From positions 3,008,001-3,072,000 of the forward strand of contig OY843751.1 of assembly GCA_963693055.1 (NCBI GenBank): a DNA stretch of 64,000 nucleotides, given 5' to 3'. The translations under genes and the position numbers were made by a program. Source of the stretch: a bacterium. Lineage in GTDB: Bacteria > Zhuqueibacterota > Zhuqueibacteria > Residuimicrobiales > Krinioviventaceae. How positions within the stretch are numbered: position 1 is the stretch's first letter; each line of letters opens with the position of its first letter. Below are positions 9,403 through 19,035 of the stretch, piece after piece. The notes beneath the pieces were generated by a model. It was not told where the DNA came from. It saw only the letters and a list, made by a program, of their open reading frames with translations, and searched no databases.

Positions 9403-11580
9403 ATGAAAAACACAAAAATTTCAAGCAAAATATTTATTATCACTGTAATATTTGCAGTAGGTATGTTTATCGGTTCATTGTTCAACAATTCAGATACACC
9501 AAACCAATCAGAGCAAACAGTATCAGCAACTGTTTGGACATGTTCAATGCATCCACAAATCAGACAACCCGAACCGGGACAATGCCCGATTTGCGCAATG
9601 GATCTAATTCCTGCAACAAGTAATAACACAAATTCAAATAATGCAATACCAGAATTAAAACTTGGTAAAGCAGCAATCGCACTGGCAGATATAGAAACAT
9701 ACAAAGTTAAGGGTGGTTTACCGGAAAAAAATATGCGTCTATTCGGATCAATAGTGATAGACGAAACACAAAAAGGAAATATTACCGCATGGTTCCCGGG
9801 TAGAATTGAAAAACAGTTCATAAATTATAATGGAGCAAGGATTCAAAAAGGTGATCCGCTTGTCAAGATTTACAGTCCTGAATTATATACAGCGCAAAAA
9901 GAATACCTGGCAATACTAAACAGTCCCAATTCCATGGTTTCAGCAGAATCTGCTGCAAAGAAACTCGAGTTATTGGGATTAACAACTGATCAGATAAATG
10001 GAATCAAAGAAAATGGCCAGGCAATGGAATATATTACAATCAAGTCACCGGTTAACGGCATTGTACTCTCTATTAATAGTCGAGAAGGTAATTATGTTAA
10101 AACCGGGAGCTCAATATATGAGATTGCAGGTCTGGATCAGCTTTGGATAGAGTTGGAAGCCTTTGAATCAGAAATATCCTGGATAAATAAAGGCTCACAG
10201 TTAACATATAGTTTGGATGCAAAACCAGGTCAAGAATATCATGCATCAATTGATTTTATTGAACCTGTTATGAAAAACGGAACACGTACATCTGTTATCA
10301 GAGCTACCATTAATAATAAAAATGGTGAAATAAAACCGGGTATGTATGTGACAGGTGAAATTAAAACAGTATCATCAGTAACAAACAATAATGAATTGTT
10401 AATTCCGGCCTCTGCCCCACTTTTAACCGGGAAAAGAGCAATTGTATATATTCAAGACAAGCATGACAAAGGTACATTTTATGGCAGAGAAGTTAAACTG
10501 GGCAGCCTGGCAAATAATATGTATGTTGTAAAATCTGGTTTGAATGCAGGGGACAATGTGGTAACAAGAGGTAATTTCAAGATTGACAGTGCACTTCAAT
10601 TAATGGGTAAAACAAGTATGATGTCTGCTTCAATGATCGGCAATATGAATATGGAAAATGAACACAAGGAAACAGAACACCCGGCAGAACACTCTATGCA
10701 ATCACATGCCATGGATGAAAAATTACCATCAATGAGTTCTGATCAAATTGATGAATTATATAATCGATATTTTGAATTGCAAAAAAATCTAAGCCTTGAT
10801 GATTTGGAAAAAAGTAGAAAAAGTGCCAAACATATTTTAAATGGTTTGAAAACAATTGACAGCAAAAACAATACATTAGAAAAAATTGAGAATGCTTCAC
10901 AGGAAATAGTAAAATCAGAGTCAATTCAACAAGCAAGAAAATCTTTTCATGAAATTTCAAATATTATGATTGAATTGGGAAACCAAAAAATAATGCCGGC
11001 AAACAGCAATATTTACAAAATTCATTGCCCCATGGCTTTTGATAATACTGGTGCAAACTGGCTGCAAACCCATAAAGAGGTTGAGAATCCATATTTTGGG
11101 TCACAGATGTATCATTGTGGCAGTGTTGAAGCAACCCTTCAGGAATCTGCAAAAAGTGATATTGATGTAGAAAATATTTATTTATCATATTTTGATTTGC
11201 AAAAAGCGTTAAGCAAAGATGATCTTGAAAATGCCCAAAAAGCATCAGCAAAATTGGTAAAGATGTTACCGAAAAAAATGAGCAGCTCTTTAGAATCTAT
11301 AAAAGCATCAGCGGTTTCAATTAGCAATTCCGGATCAATTGATGATGCAAGAACTAAATTTCAACCGCTTTCAAATGCAATGATAGATCTGGCAAAAACG
11401 AATAAAATACCAGCAAATACAAATCTGTATATTGTTCATTGCCCTATGGCATTCAATAATACCGGTGGGGATTGGTTACAGACACACAAAAATGTTGAAA
11501 ATCCATATTTTGGTTCACAGATGTATCGTTGTGGAAGTGTTACTGGAACAATAAAAGAAAATGACAAGGGAGAGCAATAA
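9403..11580 (+). CDS. cusB: CusB-type RND periplasmic adaptor with N-terminal heavy-metal-binding domain and two C-terminal DUF3347-like domains
   Basis: WTCSMHPQIRQPEPGQCPICAMDL; YSPELYTAQKE; two copies of HCPMAF.N.G..WLQ....VENPYFGSQMY.CG. Confidence 0.85.
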   Translation: MKNTKISSKIFIITVIFAVGMFIGSLFNNSDTPNQSEQTVSATVWTCSMHPQIRQPEPGQCPICAMDLIPATSNNTNSNNAIPELKLGKAAIALADIETYKVKGGLPEKNMRLFGSIVIDETQKGNITAWFPGRIEKQFINYNGARIQKGDPLVKIYSPELYTAQKEYLAILNSPNSMVSAESAAKKLELLGLTTDQINGIKENGQAMEYITIKSPVNGIVLSINSREGNYVKTGSSIYEIAGLDQLWIELEAFESEISWINKGSQLTYSLDAKPGQEYHASIDFIEPVMKNGTRTSVIRATINNKNGEIKPGMYVTGEIKTVSSVTNNNELLIPASAPLLTGKRAIVYIQDKHDKGTFYGREVKLGSLANNMYVVKSGLNAGDNVVTRGNFKIDSALQLMGKTSMMSASMIGNMNMENEHKETEHPAEHSMQSHAMDEKLPSMSSDQIDELYNRYFELQKNLSLDDLEKSRKSAKHILNGLKTIDSKNNTLEKIENASQEIVKSESIQQARKSFHEISNIMIELGNQKIMPANSNIYKIHCPMAFDNTGANWLQTHKEVENPYFGSQMYHCGSVEATLQESAKSDIDVENIYLSYFDLQKALSKDDLENAQKASAKLVKMLPKKMSSSLESIKASAVSISNSGSIDDARTKFQPLSNAMIDLAKTNKIPANTNLYIVHCPMAFNNTGGDWLQTHKNVENPYFGSQMYRCGSVTGTIKENDKGEQ

Positions 11581-14500
11581 TGCAAGAAACCAGAGATAAA
11601 AAGAATCTAACAGATTCCATTATTTATTTCCTCTTAAATAACAAGATTGTTGTTGTAATGGTATTGATACTGGTTCTTGTTTGGGGTATTCTGGTTGCTC
11701 CTTTTGACTGGCCATTTTTCCGTGAATTACGCACCCCTGTTCCGGTTGACGCAATACCGGATATTGGAGAAAATCAACAAATCGTATTTACAAAATGGCC
11801 GGGGCGTTCCCCGCAAGACATTGAAGACCAGGTTTCTTATCCATTAACAGTATCATTGTTAGGAATTGCGGGAGTAAAAAGCGTTCGCAGCTTTTCAATG
11901 CTAGGCTTTTCTTCAATCTATATTATCTTTAATGAGGATATTGAATTTTACTGGTCGCGTTCCCGGATATTGGAAAAATTAAACAGTCTTTCACCGGGTA
12001 CACTTCCAGATGATGCGAATCCTGTTCTGGGCCCCGATGCTACAGCATTGGGGCAGGTTTTCTGGTATACACTTGAAGGTCGTGATGAAAACGGCAATCC
12101 TACAGGAGGCTGGGACCTGCAGGAACTACGTTCCATTCAGGATTTTCAGGTTAAATATGCTTTGATGGGAGTCAGTGGCGTAAGTGAAGTCGCATCAATT
12201 GGTGGTTTTGTTCAGGAATACCAGGTGGATGTTGATCCCAATGCTTTACGGGCATACAATATAACACTCGAACAAGTCATTAACGCTGTGAGAAACACAA
12301 ACCGTGATGTCAGTGCAAAAACCATTGAAGTGAATAGAGTTGAATATGTCATTCGTGGCATTGGGTTTGTAAAAAACACGAATGACATTAAAAAAACAGT
12401 TATCAAATCAAATGGTGATACACCTGTTTTTATTGAAAATGTTGCACATGTCACCCTGGGTCCCGCTTTGCGTCGAGGAGCTTTGGATAAACAAGGAGCC
12501 GAAGCTGTTGGTGGTGTAATAGTCGTCCGATATGGCGATAATCCTATGCAAGTAATTCAACATGTCAAAGAAAAGATTTCGGAAATTGCACCAGGATTAC
12601 CTCAAAAGATATTATCTGACGGTACACAAAGCAAGGTTACAATCGTACCATTTTATGATCGGACCGGTTTAATCAAGGAAACACTGGGGACGTTGGAATC
12701 TGCACTCATACAACAAATATTAATTACCATCATTGTTGTAATATTGATGATCATGCATTTCAAGAGTTCGGTGTTAATCTCTGGCCTTCTCCCTATTGCC
12801 GTTATCATGACCTTTATCTTTATGAAGTTATTTCATGTGGATGCAAACATTGTCGCTCTATCAGGTATTGCAATAGCAATTGGTACTATGGTAGATATGG
12901 GAATAGTCGTTACGGAAAACATCGTAAAACATCTGGATGAAAAAAACAATCTCTCATCCTTGATGAAAATATATAATGCAACAAAAGAAGTTAGTGGTGC
13001 GGTTTTTACGGCTGTAATGACAACAATAATCAGTTTCTTGCCCATCTTTACATTAGAAGCTGCCGAAGGTAAATTATTCAAACCTTTGGCTTTTACTAAA
13101 ACATTTGCGCTAGCTGCATCATTGGTTGTTGCATTATTTGTAATTCCTCCTTTTGCACATTTATTTTTCAAGAACAAGAGTAAAAAGAGTGTAATGGGCA
13201 CACTTTTTTATGGCCTGTTCGTACTGGTAGGAATTGTTGTAACCGTTAAGACAAGTATCATGGGTGGTCTGGCAATCCTGATTCTTGCTCTGGCCGGTGG
13301 CATAAAACCCTACCTGAAAATAGACAATATGATAATCGATAAATATACCAACTATGGTGTAATATTTATTGTTTTAATATTTTTAACTTCAAGCTGGCTT
13401 CCCCTTGGTAACGATAAAGGCATCTTGCTAAACCTGGTTTTTGTAGGGTTAATAGTTGCAATGTTTATATTCTTTTTCACATATTTCATAAAAATTTATC
13501 CAGGAATACTAAAATGGGCATTGGATAACAAGATGAAATTTTTAACCATACCCATCATTGTATTATTTTGGGGATTACTGGTCTGGCAGGGATTTTTTAC
13601 AATTTTCGGTTGGCTGCCTCAACCGGTTCTAACATTCAAGCCTGTATCCGTTTTTGCGCATGCTTTTCCGGGATTAGGCAAAGAGTTTATGCCGCCTCTC
13701 GATGAAGGTGCATATCTGTTCATGCCAACCACTATGCCGCATGCGTCCATTGGTGAGGTAATGGACATTATGCGTAAACAGGATATGTCAATAACCAGCT
13801 TACCAGAAGTCAAATCCGCTGTGGGTAAACTCGGTCGTGTGGAATCTCCTCTTGATCCGGCACCGGTATCCATGATTGAAACTATTATTGATTATCATAA
13901 TAAATTTATTACAGATGATAATGGTAAAATTTTGAAATTCAAATATGATGCAGATTCAGTGGGTTTTGCGGTTGATAAAGACAACATCCAGGTTCATGCC
14001 AATGATGGATTGCCTTACATGGTCAAAGGAATTCATTTACGAGATGAGAACGGTCAACTCGTTCCTGACAGATTTGGCAAGCCGTTTCGTATATGGCGTC
14101 GTCCACTTGATACCGAATTAAATCCTGGGCAAAAGGCCTGGGAAGGTATTCAAACTCCGGATGATATTTGGGATGCTATTGTTAAAGCAGCGGAAATACC
14201 TGGTGTTACATCTGCACCCAAATTACAACCTATTAGCGCCAGAATCGTCATGTTACAAAGCGGAATGCGTGCACCTATGGGTATCAAAGTAAAAGGCCCG
14301 ACCCTTGAAACAATAGAGCAGTTTTCACTTGAACTGGAAAAACTACTCAAAACAATACCAGTCATACGTAAAGAAACAGTCCAGGCTGACAGGATGGTAG
14401 GTAAACCCTATCTTGAAATAGAAATTAACAGAGAAAAAATTGCACGTTACGGTATACATATAGAAACCGTGCAAAACATAATCGAAACTGCAATTGGCGG

Positions 14501-15437
14501 CAAAACCATTAGCATGACTGTAGAAGGACGAGAACGCTATCCCATTAGAGTACGATACATGCGTGAACTGCGGGACAATATTGAGGCCATTGAAAATGTG
14601 CTGGTATCATCTCCATCAGGTGAACAAATTCCGTTAAAACAATTGGCAAATATTCAATACAGACGCGGTCCCCAGATGATTAAAAGTGAAGATACATTTT
14701 TGACCGGATACGTTATTTTTGACAAGATCAAAGACGCAGCCGAAGTTGATGTTGTCGAACAGGCCAAATCATTCATAGAAACAAAAATTAAAAATGGTGA
14801 ATTGGTTGTACCTCACGGTGTCAGTTATATGTTTGCGGGTCAATATCAAAACCAGATCAGGGCACAAAAACGACTCGCGCTTATATTACCCTTGTCATTA
14901 TTTGTTATATTTATGATTCTGTATTTAAAATTCAGGTCTATACCCGTATCGCTATCAATATTCAGCAGTATTGCCGTAGCCTGGGCCGGCGGATTTATAT
15001 TCATATGGTTGCATGGACAAAGCTGGTTTTTAAATATTCCACTGATTGGAAATAGTTTGCGTGATATATTTAACATTCATCCGATAAATATGAGTGTAGC
15101 CATTTGGGTTGGTTTTCTGGCATTGTTTGGCATTGCTTCTGATGATGGAGTTATCATTGCCAGTTATTTACAACAGCAGAATGAAAAGAATAAACCGGGA
15201 ACGGTTAAAGGAATTCGTGAATCAGCAATGCAGGCAGGATTAAAAAGAGTGCGTCCCTGCATGATGACAACAGCCACAACTGTATTGGCATTATTGCCTG
15301 TATTGTCTTCGAGCGGACGAGGTTCAGACATTATGGTGCCTATGGCAATACCGGTATTTGGAGGTATGCTGGTTGTTATGATATCTATGTTTATTGTTCC
15401 GGTACTTTATGCCTGGCTGGAAGAAAGAAATCTTTAA
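11580..15437 (+). CDS. cusA: CusA-type heavy-metal RND efflux permease (Cu(I)/Ag(I))
   Basis: DAIPDIGENQQIVFT, GPDATALGQ, AIAIGTMVD, GKEFMPPLDEG..FMP, DPAPVSMIET, RVRPCMMT; CusA-type Met positions retained. Confidence 0.9.
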   Translation: MQETRDKKNLTDSIIYFLLNNKIVVVMVLILVLVWGILVAPFDWPFFRELRTPVPVDAIPDIGENQQIVFTKWPGRSPQDIEDQVSYPLTVSLLGIAGVKSVRSFSMLGFSSIYIIFNEDIEFYWSRSRILEKLNSLSPGTLPDDANPVLGPDATALGQVFWYTLEGRDENGNPTGGWDLQELRSIQDFQVKYALMGVSGVSEVASIGGFVQEYQVDVDPNALRAYNITLEQVINAVRNTNRDVSAKTIEVNRVEYVIRGIGFVKNTNDIKKTVIKSNGDTPVFIENVAHVTLGPALRRGALDKQGAEAVGGVIVVRYGDNPMQVIQHVKEKISEIAPGLPQKILSDGTQSKVTIVPFYDRTGLIKETLGTLESALIQQILITIIVVILMIMHFKSSVLISGLLPIAVIMTFIFMKLFHVDANIVALSGIAIAIGTMVDMGIVVTENIVKHLDEKNNLSSLMKIYNATKEVSGAVFTAVMTTIISFLPIFTLEAAEGKLFKPLAFTKTFALAASLVVALFVIPPFAHLFFKNKSKKSVMGTLFYGLFVLVGIVVTVKTSIMGGLAILILALAGGIKPYLKIDNMIIDKYTNYGVIFIVLIFLTSSWLPLGNDKGILLNLVFVGLIVAMFIFFFTYFIKIYPGILKWALDNKMKFLTIPIIVLFWGLLVWQGFFTIFGWLPQPVLTFKPVSVFAHAFPGLGKEFMPPLDEGAYLFMPTTMPHASIGEVMDIMRKQDMSITSLPEVKSAVGKLGRVESPLDPAPVSMIETIIDYHNKFITDDNGKILKFKYDADSVGFAVDKDNIQVHANDGLPYMVKGIHLRDENGQLVPDRFGKPFRIWRRPLDTELNPGQKAWEGIQTPDDIWDAIVKAAEIPGVTSAPKLQPISARIVMLQSGMRAPMGIKVKGPTLETIEQFSLELEKLLKTIPVIRKETVQADRMVGKPYLEIEINREKIARYGIHIETVQNIIETAIGGKTISMTVEGRERYPIRVRYMRELRDNIEAIENVLVSSPSGEQIPLKQLANIQYRRGPQMIKSEDTFLTGYVIFDKIKDAAEVDVVEQAKSFIETKIKNGELVVPHGVSYMFAGQYQNQIRAQKRLALILPLSLFVIFMILYLKFRSIPVSLSIFSSIAVAWAGGFIFIWLHGQSWFLNIPLIGNSLRDIFNIHPINMSVAIWVGFLALFGIASDDGVIIASYLQQQNEKNKPGTVKGIRESAMQAGLKRVRPCMMTTATTVLALLPVLSSSGRGSDIMVPMAIPVFGGMLVVMISMFIVPVLYAWLEERNL

Positions 15438-15439
15438 AT

Positions 15440-15477
15440 AACAAGCGCCAATATAAATTTATTGGCGCTTGTTTTAT
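15440..15477. terminator. Intrinsic terminator between convergent genes (probably bidirectional)
   Basis: AACAAGCGCCAATA...TATTGGCGCTTGTT perfect inverted repeat. Confidence 0.8.
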
Positions 15478-16034
15478 TTAGAATAATTATAATAATATTC
15501 ACCCATATATACAGTAGCAGTTTCCCCTTCTTTGGCAATAACATCACTTTCATATATGGTTTGAATTTCACCGTGGCCTATAATTCCCAAAAATATATAA
15601 TTTAAACCAATAACTCCTGCAACAACTCCCTTTGCCTGAGTTTCTTCTAAAGATAAATTGCTGTTAGCAACAACACGAAAATGATCTTTGAACAATTTTT
15701 CATATTCACCCCATTGATCAAATTCCGATGTCCAGTTTTGTTGTGCTTTTTTATAATCCTGATAGTCTTGAGAATCAAAATATTGTTGTGACGAATCGTA
15801 AATTGAAAAATCAAGAATCATAACTTTGACTTCTTCAACAGATTCTGCTTTTAAAATATGTTGAATATTTTCATTAATACCCGAATCCGGGGATAAAATC
15901 AAACGGGGCAGCTTGCTGCTTTCCGAACTGGTAAATTTAAATAAAAGTTGAGTAGTATCATCAGGAGAATTGGGCTGCTCGTTACATGACAATAGCATTC
16001 CCAGAGCAAAAATCATGAATAAAAATTTCTTCAT
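15474..16034 (-). CDS. Hypothetical lipoprotein
   Basis: MKKFLFMIFALGMLLSC lipobox; ATG 16034 preceded by GGAGG. Confidence 0.7.
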   Translation of the reverse strand: MKKFLFMIFALGMLLSCNEQPNSPDDTTQLLFKFTSSESSKLPRLILSPDSGINENIQHILKAESVEEVKVMILDFSIYDSSQQYFDSQDYQDYKKAQQNWTSEFDQWGEYEKLFKDHFRVVANSNLSLEETQAKGVVAGVIGLNYIFLGIIGHGEIQTIYESDVIAKEGETATVYMGEYYYNYSK

Positions 16035-16050
16035 ATATCCTCCAATATCA

Positions 16051-17163
16051 TTATTGGAAATAATAGCGAACACCGCCATTAAGCTTAATACCGGTTAATC
16101 CTGTGCTTTCATCAGTATTTTTTATATTACCAAAATAAAACCGGGCTCCCCCATCAAAAACAAGATTCTTTCCTAATGGATGTTGATAACCGCCTCCAAA
16201 TCCAAACAAGGTTGCTCCACCAGTGTCCCATTCGTTATTGCCATACAATTTCACATCAAACAAGGCAGAATATCGAACATTGTTCTTGGGTGGAAACAAC
16301 AATTGGCCCATTATTTCAAATTCATTTCCATTGCTGTTTTTCCGTTCTTCTTTAAAAACATCTCCAACACCGGTTTTATTTTTCCCTTTAATTTTTTCTC
16401 TCACAAAAAGTATCATGTCAAAAGAATTCATTGGGGCCCTCAATGTTCCCTGCAACATGAATCGATTACCACTTTTAAAAATATCTTGATCATTTCCCTG
16501 ATCACTGCCATAAAGGGTATAGACTAGATCAGCAGTAATACGCATATCCCGATTCATTAATGTAACATTTCGTTCTAGCCCACCTGTTATGGTAAACTCG
16601 TTACCTGGTTGATAATCATATTCAAAGTCGTCAAAGGGCTCAAAATTATCTTTCATTAAATAACTGACACCCGCACCCAAAACATATTCTCCATATTCGT
16701 AAGCGGTTGCAATTCCAAGATTAATGTCTCGTCCCTGGCCAAGATATGGAACACGAAAATTCATTGCCCTCACAGACAATGCGTTAGCCACATTATATTC
16801 CTCAACAGTTAACGCATTTTTACCCGATGGAAGAACCATTCCAAATGTAAACAAGTAGCGTTCGTCTTTAGTTAGATAATGTCCGCGTAACCTAATGTCA
16901 GACATACCATTCAAAGAATGGCTATCCCCGGAATTGAAAGAGGAAAATGCGGGAGATGTAATAACATCAATCCTTGATCTTGGATTTATGGGATAAACAA
17001 ACGTAATGGGTAAAGCAAATTGAGTAATACGATCTGATTTGGCATTCCAGGTTTCAAAAGACAATCCTGCAATTGTATTCATTTGTCCCTGCAAGCGTGG
17101 AGTATATGATTGTCCAAAAGCCATATTGAAAACAACAATTAAAAGAATTATAACCTTTTTCAT
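16051..17163 (-). CDS. Hypothetical outer membrane beta-barrel protein
   Basis: Signal peptide, alternating amphipathic strands, C-terminal GGVRYYFQ. Confidence 0.65.
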   Translation of the reverse strand: MKKVIILLIVVFNMAFGQSYTPRLQGQMNTIAGLSFETWNAKSDRITQFALPITFVYPINPRSRIDVITSPAFSSFNSGDSHSLNGMSDIRLRGHYLTKDERYLFTFGMVLPSGKNALTVEEYNVANALSVRAMNFRVPYLGQGRDINLGIATAYEYGEYVLGAGVSYLMKDNFEPFDDFEYDYQPGNEFTITGGLERNVTLMNRDMRITADLVYTLYGSDQGNDQDIFKSGNRFMLQGTLRAPMNSFDMILFVREKIKGKNKTGVGDVFKEERKNSNGNEFEIMGQLLFPPKNNVRYSALFDVKLYGNNEWDTGGATLFGFGGGYQHPLGKNLVFDGGARFYFGNIKNTDESTGLTGIKLNGGVRYYFQ

Positions 17164-17182
17164 TCAAGTCTCCACATACAGG

Positions 17183-18670
17183 TTAATGGATTGGTACAAT
17201 AATTTCTATATTTGCAGTGTTGCCAAAAGTTGGCTGGTTTTGTTCCTGCACAGGCTCACGTGATTCAACGCCGGGAATAAAACCAATATCAATAATAATC
17301 TGTGTATTCTGCATTCGATCCAGCAAAGTAGGTTCTTCAATACCACCTGAATATTCAGCAGTACTTTCGCCCACAACTGTTGCATCCATAGATCTCTCAC
17401 TTGCTGTTGATGGTGAACTGTCTGCCACAGATACGGTCTCATCAGTTTCAGATGCTTCCTCGGTTGTTTCTGCCGATTCAGTTGTAGCAAATGCACTGGA
17501 CTCTGCAGGTTTAGAGGATACATCCTGAAACTGGGTTTCTGCGACCTGTATAAGATTTTCAATTGGACTAATGGGCACATTTAAATCCTGCATTATGGAT
17601 AGTTGTTCCTGAGCCATATCAAATTCAGGATCTTGTTGCAGTGCTGTTTCAAATTCCTGTTCTGCCTGTTCATACATTCCCTGATCACTGTAATCTATGG
17701 CCTTACAATACGCCATAAAAGCAAGCATACTTTCGGTAGGAACTTTACGTATGTTATCAATTTCTTCCTGATTGAGTTGAATGCCCATTTTATTAATCAC
17801 ACTGAAAACAAGGTTTTTTTCCAGTTTAAAAAAACTTTCCAGATTACCAATCACATCCTGGGTATTAAAATCCCCGGTTCGGGTTTGGGTAATGCCGGCA
17901 TCAATACGAAATTGTTCATCCGCAAGATCAATAAAAGCACCGTTTACTATTTCAGATGCGCCTAACAATTTCCCTACACGTGGAGCAGATTGTGCGTCAA
18001 CCAGCCCTGTTGTACCGAGTCCAATTTCCTCAAGTAATTGCTGCATTCTCAAACGTTCAACAACCGTTAAAGCATTTGCCTTTGACAGGTCTGTGATCAT
18101 CATTTCAGCAATACCTTTTTGCAAAGGAGTTAATGCTGAATCTGAACCCATGTATTTAAAATAAACAACAGCAATAGTTTTATCTTTAATGTGTATAGTA
18201 TCCAGATTTGCTTCGTTTTGAATAGTATAAGCAACATCTTGACTAATTTGTTTTCGGGTAAGCTTTTCGAGACGCTTTTTCAAGTCGTCTCTGAGAGAAG
18301 AGTTTGGATCAACAATATTGAACTTGCGATAAGCGTCAATTGCATTATCAAGATTATTATTGATCTCATAAGCAGCGCCAAGATAGAACAAGGATTTGCC
18401 ATCATCAGGTTCCTTTTTTAATACCTGATTAAATGCTTCTATAGATTTTTCAAATTCAAGGTTTTGAAAATAAGCAAGTCCCAGATCCCTCAAAATAGCC
18501 GTATTTTCAGGATCCTCTTCAAGCGCAGAGTTTAAATAAGAAATTGCTTCAGTAAAATTATCGCTGCTTAGTTCTTTTTGCCCGAGTTGGTGATTAGATG
18601 ATGTGGTAGCACAATTTGCAAAAAAAAGAAAAATAACGATGATTCCTATACCCCAAAAACGGAACTTCAT
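17183..18670 (-). CDS. TPR + CsgG/TolB-N-like domain lipoprotein
   Basis: FFANC lipobox; TPRs; TIAVVYF...LTVVERLRMQQLLEE...GKLLGA CsgG-like motif; acidic linker. Confidence 0.7.
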   Translation of the reverse strand: MKFRFWGIGIIVIFLFFANCATTSSNHQLGQKELSSDNFTEAISYLNSALEEDPENTAILRDLGLAYFQNLEFEKSIEAFNQVLKKEPDDGKSLFYLGAAYEINNNLDNAIDAYRKFNIVDPNSSLRDDLKKRLEKLTRKQISQDVAYTIQNEANLDTIHIKDKTIAVVYFKYMGSDSALTPLQKGIAEMMITDLSKANALTVVERLRMQQLLEEIGLGTTGLVDAQSAPRVGKLLGASEIVNGAFIDLADEQFRIDAGITQTRTGDFNTQDVIGNLESFFKLEKNLVFSVINKMGIQLNQEEIDNIRKVPTESMLAFMAYCKAIDYSDQGMYEQAEQEFETALQQDPEFDMAQEQLSIMQDLNVPISPIENLIQVAETQFQDVSSKPAESSAFATTESAETTEEASETDETVSVADSSPSTASERSMDATVVGESTAEYSGGIEEPTLLDRMQNTQIIIDIGFIPGVESREPVQEQNQPTFGNTANIEIIVPIH

Positions 18671-18803
18671 ATACCCTCCTTACAATATATGAATAACATT
18701 CAAAATTCGTAACAGAATTTTGTACAACTTTGTTCCGTTTTGACCAAAGAAATTTTTTAATAATTTAAAATATGGAAAAAGGATTTTAAAATTGTGACAA
18801 CAA

Positions 18804-18983
18804 TTATTTTCTAACAACAATAACCTGTTTTCTAGCGCCGTTATTAATAATCAAAGCTGCAATTGTACCGGGTACCCATCCACAGATGGTAAGTATAGTT
18901 GTAATTAAAATACTGCCGCATCCCCTGTCAAGAACAGCCAGTGGAGGAAAAACAATACATAATAAAACTCTGAAAAATCCCAT
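18804..18983 (-). CDS. YqaE/Pmp3 family small membrane protein (59 aa)
   Basis: Not in ORF track. MGFFRVLLCIVFPPLAVLDRGCGSILITTILTICGWVPGTIAALIINNGARKQVIVVRK with PPLAV and GWVPG motifs; GGAG RBS. Confidence 0.88.
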   Translation of the reverse strand: MGFFRVLLCIVFPPLAVLDRGCGSILITTILTICGWVPGTIAALIINNGARKQVIVVRK

Positions 18984-19035
18984 AAAAAATTCTCCATCTA
19001 AATTTATTTATTATACACATTTTTTATAAATTTAT

